From Candidatus Saccharimonadota bacterium (GTDB taxonomy: Bacteria > Bacteroidota > Bacteroidia > Flavobacteriales > Blattabacteriaceae): DNA of 32,000 nucleotides. The translations under genes and the position numbers were made by a program. Under the pieces are notes generated by a model. That model was not told where the DNA came from. It ran no database searches and saw nothing but the letters and a program-made list of their open reading frames with translations. The stretch covers positions 508,038-540,037 of the forward strand of contig NZ_CP059216.1 in NCBI RefSeq assembly GCF_014252315.1. The letters run 5' to 3'. Positions 26,936-32,000 of the stretch are shown in pieces; the stretch's first letter is position 1; each line of letters starts with the position of its first letter.

Positions 26936-27982
26936 TTACAAAATATATTTTTCTATATAATTTCCAACATCTTCGGTACTTAAAAAATTATTATTCTTCA
27001 TTATATCTTCTGTTACAATACCTTCAGAAATTGATTTTTTTACTGCATATTCTATAGCATTACCTTCTTCTTTCATTCCAAAATAATCCAACATCATTTT
27101 AGATGATAATATACTTCCTATAGGATTTGCAATATTTTTACCTTTTGCTTTAGGATAAGATCCATGTATAGGCTCAAATAATAAATTATTGTTTCCTATT
27201 GAAGCAGATGGTAATAGCCCTATGGATCCATTTATAACACTAGATTCATCTGATAATATATCTCCAAACATATTATCTGTTAATATAATATCAAATTGAT
27301 TAGGATTAATTATTATTTGCATAGATGCATTATCTATATACAAAAAATCTAAGTATATATCTGGATAATCTAAACTAATTTTTTTCACAACATCACGCCA
27401 TAATCTAGAAGTTTCTAATACATTAGATTTATCTACTAAAGTAACTTTTTTTTTTCTAAAAGATGAAGCTTTAAATGCAATTCTAGAAATTCTTTCTATT
27501 TCTTTTTTAGAATAAACACAGTAATCATAAGCTTTATCATTATTTCTTCCTTTTTTTCCAAAATATATTCCTCCTGTTAATTCCCTATATATAATAAAAT
27601 CAACTCCATCTCTTATATTTTTTTTTATAGGAGATGTGTCTAATTCTGGATAAGAAATTATAGGTCGTATATTACAAAATAAATTCATACGTTTCCTTAA
27701 TTTTAATAAACCATCTTCTGGCTTCATGCCAATTGGATTATTATCATATTTAGGATCTCCTACACACCCAAACAAAACTGCATCTGATTCTAAACAAGTT
27801 TTTATAGTATTTTCTGTTATTGGAGAATTAAATTTTTCTATTGATTTTCCTCCTACTAAAAGAATAGTATAATTAAATTTATGTTTGTACTTTTTTCCTA
27901 TAGCGTTTAATATTTTTATAGTTTGTTTCATTATTTCAGGTCCAACTCCATCACCTTCTATAACAGAAATATTTTTTTTCAT
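26936..27982 (-). CDS. leuB: 3-isopropylmalate dehydrogenase
   Basis: 348 aa. Isocitrate/isopropylmalate dehydrogenase signature (NMFGDILSDESS..GSIGLLPSAS) in a leu operon context. Confidence 0.95.
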   Translation of the reverse strand: MKKNISVIEGDGVGPEIMKQTIKILNAIGKKYKHKFNYTILLVGGKSIEKFNSPITENTIKTCLESDAVLFGCVGDPKYDNNPIGMKPEDGLLKLRKRMNLFCNIRPIISYPELDTSPIKKNIRDGVDFIIYRELTGGIYFGKKGRNNDKAYDYCVYSKKEIERISRIAFKASSFRKKKVTLVDKSNVLETSRLWRDVVKKISLDYPDIYLDFLYIDNASMQIIINPNQFDIILTDNMFGDILSDESSVINGSIGLLPSASIGNNNLLFEPIHGSYPKAKGKNIANPIGSILSSKMMLDYFGMKEEGNAIEYAVKKSISEGIVTEDIMKNNNFLSTEDVGNYIEKYIL

Positions 27983-28560
27983 ATGTAAATAAGTTTTTCT
28001 TTCTCAAAAAGAGTTATTTCTTTTTTAAGAGAAATTAAAAATTCTATATCATCATAACCATTTATAAAACAATATTTTTTATATGGATGAATATAAAATT
28101 TTTCTATTATATTTGTATTTAATAATATTATATTTTGATTATTTAAATCAACTTTTATTTTTATTTTTGGATTTTTTTTTATTATAAAAAATATATCATT
28201 TATAAATGATTCAGATACCTCTATAGGTAATAATCCATTATTTAATGCATTTTCTTTAAAAATATCAGCAAAAGATTTTGATATTAATACTCTAAATCCA
28301 TAATCAAATATAGACCATGCAGCATGTTCTCTACTAGATCCACATCCAAAATTTTTTCCTACTATAAGAATATTTCCAGAATATATAGAATTATTTAGTA
28401 TAAATTTTTTTTCTTTTAAACGCCAATCTATAAAAAGATATTTTCCATATTTTTTACAATCAGTTAATTTTAAAAAACGAGATGGTATTATTTGATCTGT
28501 GTCAATATTATCTATTATAAGAGGGACTACGGTACTAATTATAGTTTTAAATTTTTTCAT
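27979..28560 (-). CDS. leuD: 3-isopropylmalate dehydratase small subunit
   Basis: 193 aa. Aconitase swivel domain (GKNFGCGSSREHA). Overlaps leuB by 4 nt and leuC by 14 nt. Confidence 0.95.
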   Translation of the reverse strand: MKKFKTIISTVVPLIIDNIDTDQIIPSRFLKLTDCKKYGKYLFIDWRLKEKKFILNNSIYSGNILIVGKNFGCGSSREHAAWSIFDYGFRVLISKSFADIFKENALNNGLLPIEVSESFINDIFFIIKKNPKIKIKVDLNNQNIILLNTNIIEKFYIHPYKKYCFINGYDDIEFLISLKKEITLFEKEKLIYI

Positions 28561-29971
28561 AATTTATTATTTTACTTGTATCTATAATTTTTCCTTCTAT
28601 TGCTATAATTGCAGCAGTCATTGGACTGACTAATAATGTACGAGATTCTATTCCTTGTCTACCTTCATAATTTCTATTAGATGTAGATATACAATATTCT
28701 CCAGGAGGTATTTTATCTTCATTCATACCTAAACAAGCAGAACATCCTGGATTACGAAATTCTAATCCTGAATAGATAAATATTTTATCTAATCCTTCTT
28801 TTTTTGCTTTTTTGATAACTCTATTTGACCCAGGAACTATTATTGCTTTTACATGACTCGCTTTTTTTTTACCTCTAACTATAGAAGCAACAATTCTCAA
28901 ATCTTCTATCCTGGAATTAGTACAACTACCGATAAAAACATATTTTATAGTTTTTCCTATTAAAGACATTTTTGGTTTAAATCCCATATAATTTATAGAT
29001 TTTATCCAATTTTTATCTTTTTCATAATTAGGTATAATTGGGTTGTTTATTTTTACAGACATTCCTGGATTAGTTCCATATGTAATCATTGGATCAATTT
29101 CTTCGGCTTTTAGAAAAAATTCTTTATCAAATATTTTATTTTCATCTGTTTTTAGTGTTTTCCAATATTCTACTATTTTTTTTTGATTTTTTTTTATAAA
29201 TTTCATACCATATTTACTTTTTTTTATATAATCTATAGTAGTTTTATCTGGAGAAATTAATCCACATTTTGCTCCCATTTCAATACTCATATTGCAAATT
29301 GTCATTCTTTCTTCCATACTCATATTTTTAAATACAGTCCCTGTATATTCTATAACATAACCATTTCCAACATTAACTCCCAATTTTGAAATAATATGTA
29401 GTATTACGTCTTTTGACGTTACTCCTTTTTTCAAATTACCATTTAAACATATTTTCATTTGTTTCGGTTTGTATAGTAATAAACATTGACTAGCCATAAC
29501 CATGGCTACTTGACTTGTTCCAATTCCAAAAGCTATACAACCAAAAGCTCCATGAGTAGAAGTGTGACTGTCTCCACAAACAATTGTCATTCCAGGAAGT
29601 GTATATCCTAATTCAGGTCCAATTACATGAACTATTCCATTATTTTTGTGACCTAAATCATATAACTTATTAATGTTAAATATTTTACAATTATTTTTTA
29701 ATAATTTTATTTGTTTTCTGGATAATGGATCTATTTTTTCTAAATCTTGATTAATTGTAGGAACATTATGATCAGTTGTAGCTACAATTTTTTTTGGTCT
29801 AAATACAGAAATTTTTCTTTTTTTTAATTCAGAAAAAGCTTGAGGACTTGTTACTTCATGTATATAATGTAAATCAACATATAAAACATTTATATTATCA
29901 TATAATTTTTTTATTATATGAGAATCCCATATTTTATCAAATAAAGATTTTGAATTTTTACTATGTAACAT
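28547..29971 (-). CDS. leuC: 3-isopropylmalate dehydratase large subunit
   Basis: 474 aa. Aconitase-family Fe-S ligand motifs (GDSHT, IGSCTNSR, GCSACLGMN). Confidence 0.95.
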   Translation of the reverse strand: MLHSKNSKSLFDKIWDSHIIKKLYDNINVLYVDLHYIHEVTSPQAFSELKKRKISVFRPKKIVATTDHNVPTINQDLEKIDPLSRKQIKLLKNNCKIFNINKLYDLGHKNNGIVHVIGPELGYTLPGMTIVCGDSHTSTHGAFGCIAFGIGTSQVAMVMASQCLLLYKPKQMKICLNGNLKKGVTSKDVILHIISKLGVNVGNGYVIEYTGTVFKNMSMEERMTICNMSIEMGAKCGLISPDKTTIDYIKKSKYGMKFIKKNQKKIVEYWKTLKTDENKIFDKEFFLKAEEIDPMITYGTNPGMSVKINNPIIPNYEKDKNWIKSINYMGFKPKMSLIGKTIKYVFIGSCTNSRIEDLRIVASIVRGKKKASHVKAIIVPGSNRVIKKAKKEGLDKIFIYSGLEFRNPGCSACLGMNEDKIPPGEYCISTSNRNYEGRQGIESRTLLVSPMTAAIIAIEGKIIDTSKIINYEKI

Positions 29972-29983
29972 TATTTATTAATA

Positions 29984-31168
29984 TTAAACAATTTTAATTG
30001 TTCCATTATGTTGGTTTAAATTAGATTTTTTTAATATTGTTTTTAATTCTTCATTGTTAATTTCTTTTTTTTTGTCAGCATATTCTATAAATTTAGAGTA
30101 AACTAAATCTAAAGAATCTTTATTTAAAAAACATCCTAATTGTTGATAACGATAATTTAATGCTGCTCTACCACTTCTAGCTGTTAATATAATAGAAGAA
30201 TTATTAACACCAACTTCTTTAGGATCAATACTTTCATATGTTTCTTTTTTTTTAATAACTCCATCTTGATGTATTCCTGATGAATGAGAAAAAGCATTAA
30301 TTCCAACTATAGCTTTATTTGCAGGAATTATCATACCTGTATGTTTAGATACTAAATTACTTATATATGAAATAAGTTTTGTATTAACATTAGTAATTAA
30401 ATTTAATTTTTTATTTTGTTTTATAATCATTACTATTTCTTCTAAAGAAGTATTTCCAGCTCTTTCTCCAATTCCATTTACAGTACATTCTACTTGTTGT
30501 GCTCCATTAATTATACCATAAAGAGAATTAGCTGTAGCTAGTCCTAAATCATCATGACAATGAGTTGATAATATAATTTTATGTATTCCCTTAACATTTT
30601 CCATTAAAAAACGAATTTTTTTACCATATTGTTCTGGTAAACAAGATCCTGTAGTATCAGCTATATTTATAACTGTAGCGCCATATTTTATTACTTTTTC
30701 ACAAATTTTTGCTAAAAATTCATTTTTTGTACGTCCAGCATCTTCTGCATAAAATTCTACATCTTCTACAAATTTTTTAGCATATTTTACTGCATTTATA
30801 GCTAAATCCATAATTTTTTCTGGAGTACTATTAAATTTATAACGTATATGACAATCAGAAGTGCCAATTCCAGTATGTATTCTTGGTTTTTTTGCAAATT
30901 TTATAGATTCTCCTGCTACTTCAATATCTTTTTTTACTGCTCTAGACAATGCACATACTATAGTATTAGAAATAGTTTTTGAAATATATTGAACAGATTT
31001 ATAGTCTCCAGGACTTGATATAGGAAATCCAGCTTCAATAACATCTACACCTAGATATTCTAAATTCTTTGCTATGTCTAATTTTTGTTTAGTATTTAAT
31101 TTACATCCTGGAACTTGTTCTCCATCTCTTAATGATGTATCAAAAATATGAATTTTTTTTCCCCTCAT
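29984..31168 (-). CDS. leuA: 2-isopropylmalate synthase, short form (no C-terminal LeuA regulatory domain); start re-assigned to ATG 31168
   Basis: [18 protein letters not shown]... begins at Met46 of the 439-aa track ORF. The upstream 45 codons ([19 protein letters not shown]...) are low-complexity and match nothing. HMGL-like TIM-barrel motifs are present ([18 protein letters not shown]). A TAGATTTG -7 box lies 29 nt upstream of 31168. Confidence 0.9.
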   Translation of the reverse strand: MRGKKIHIFDTSLRDGEQVPGCKLNTKQKLDIAKNLEYLGVDVIEAGFPISSPGDYKSVQYISKTISNTIVCALSRAVKKDIEVAGESIKFAKKPRIHTGIGTSDCHIRYKFNSTPEKIMDLAINAVKYAKKFVEDVEFYAEDAGRTKNEFLAKICEKVIKYGATVINIADTTGSCLPEQYGKKIRFLMENVKGIHKIILSTHCHDDLGLATANSLYGIINGAQQVECTVNGIGERAGNTSLEEIVMIIKQNKKLNLITNVNTKLISYISNLVSKHTGMIIPANKAIVGINAFSHSSGIHQDGVIKKKETYESIDPKEVGVNNSSIILTARSGRAALNYRYQQLGCFLNKDSLDLVYSKFIEYADKKKEINNEELKTILKKSNLNQHNGTIKIV

Positions 31169-31197
31169 AGTAATAGTATCTTCATTTAAATAATATT

Positions 31198-31205
31198 CAA
31201 ATCTA
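31198..31205 (-). promoter_or_regulatory. Candidate -7 promoter box (TAGATTTG on the minus strand) for leuA-leuC-leuD-leuB
   Basis: Plus-strand CAAATCTA, 29 nt upstream of the ATG at 31168. It falls inside the spurious N-terminal extension of the track ORF. Confidence 0.35.
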
Positions 31206-31318
31206 TTTCTTATGATAAAAAAATTGAAATAAATTATTATAATACTTACAATATCTAAATTATAATAACTTATATATACATATCTATTAATCAACATTAA
31301 CATTATAATTAAATTACA

Positions 31319-32000
31319 ATGTCTAATTATAAAAAAAATTGTTTAGATCATTTGTTTTTATTAGTTAAAACTTTATCTAAATCTGAAAAAAGAAATTTTA
31401 TAATTTATGTAAATCGTATTAAAAAAAATCAAAATTATAAATATTTAGAATTATTTGAAATAATTAATAAAATGGATAATTATAATGAAAAAAAAATTCT
31501 AGATAAAACTACTATAAGTAAAAAACAATTATCTAATGTAAAATCTAATTTATATAAACAAATATTAATTAGTCTTAAAATACAACATACTAAAAACAAT
31601 TATGATATCAAAATACGTGAATATATAGATTTTTCTAAAATATTGTATAATAAAGGATTATATATACAAAGTTTAAAACTTTTGGAAAAAGCTAAAATTA
31701 TTGCTAAATATTATGAATATAATACAATTCTCTTAGAGATAATAGAATTTGAAAAAATGATAGAATCTCAACATATAACTAGAAGTATATGCTCTAAATC
31801 TAGAGAATTATCTACTGATTCTAAAGAATTAATTAATAAAATTAAATATACTAATACATTGTCTAATTTATCTTTAGAATTATATGGATTATATTTAAAA
31901 GTAGGATATGTAAGAAATGAAAAGGATAAAATATTCATAGAAACTTATTTTAGAGCTAATATTACTGTATTTAATATAGATAATCTATGTTTTTATGAAA
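31319..32000 (+). CDS. Hypothetical protein (helical, function unknown); 3' end lies outside the window
   Basis: ATG at 31319 and an open frame to the window edge (>227 codons): [49 protein letters not shown]... Divergent from leuA. No recognisable catalytic motif. Confidence 0.5.
   Translation, partial: MSNYKKNCLDHLFLLVKTLSKSEKRNFIIYVNRIKKNQNYKYLELFEIINKMDNYNEKKILDKTTISKKQLSNVKSNLYKQILISLKIQHTKNNYDIKIREYIDFSKILYNKGLYIQSLKLLEKAKIIAKYYEYNTILLEIIEFEKMIESQHITRSICSKSRELSTDSKELINKIKYTNTLSNLSLELYGLYLKVGYVRNEKDKIFIETYFRANITVFNIDNLCFYE

Noticed and set aside
31169-31303. 45-codon N-terminal extension of leuA ([29 protein letters not shown]...).
   Set aside because: It has no similarity to LeuA N-termini and looks like translated AT-rich spacer. 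The conserved start [18 protein letters not shown] begins at 31168. A candidate -7 promoter box (31198-31205) lies inside the extension.

Overview
The window is extremely AT-rich (about one-fifth G+C by eye, not computed), tightly packed and made of housekeeping genes. All proteins look Flavobacteriia-like: a uppS-bamA pair, an acpP-fabF-rnc cluster, atpD-atpC split from the other atp genes, a short-form leuA, and TAnnTTTG-type promoter boxes. Together with the strong K/N/I-biased composition, this fits a reduced genome of a Bacteroidetes insect endosymbiont (Blattabacterium-like). That assignment is an inference, not a database hit. I call 31 protein-coding genes (two run off the window edges), one tRNA-Phe(GAA) and one truncated gene relic (pdxA). 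Gene order: cdaA(partial)-murF, pdhA-pdhC, terC, msbA-like ABC exporter, tatA, ppiD-like, DUF21/CBS transporter, lptC-like lipoprotein, tRNA-Phe, bamA, uppS, nadK, GHMP (mevalonate-kinase-like) kinase, rluB-type pseudouridine synthase, aroQ, alpha/beta hydrolase, rnc, fabF, acpP, ribE, pdxA relic, atpC, atpD, ribF, AddB-like PD-(D/E)XK nuclease, leuB-leuD-leuC-leuA, and a partial hypothetical. I found no CRISPR array, mobile element, toxin/defence cassette, rRNA or horizontally acquired island. I do not think this window holds a novel accessory system. The observations worth a second look are about genome reduction and gene expression. (1) The ABC exporter keeps Walker A/B but has lost the Q-loop Gln, the LSGGQ glycines and the H-loop His. 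(2) Two genes have conserved N-termini upstream of any ATG (GHMP kinase; lptC-like with a TTG start). (3) A TAnnTTTG -7 box recurs 22-43 nt upstream of six transcription-unit starts. (4) A 58-codon pdxA relic survives. (5) A 366-bp non-coding spacer carries a GC-containing 9-bp inverted repeat. (6) A tRNA lies antisense inside a co-directional gene run.
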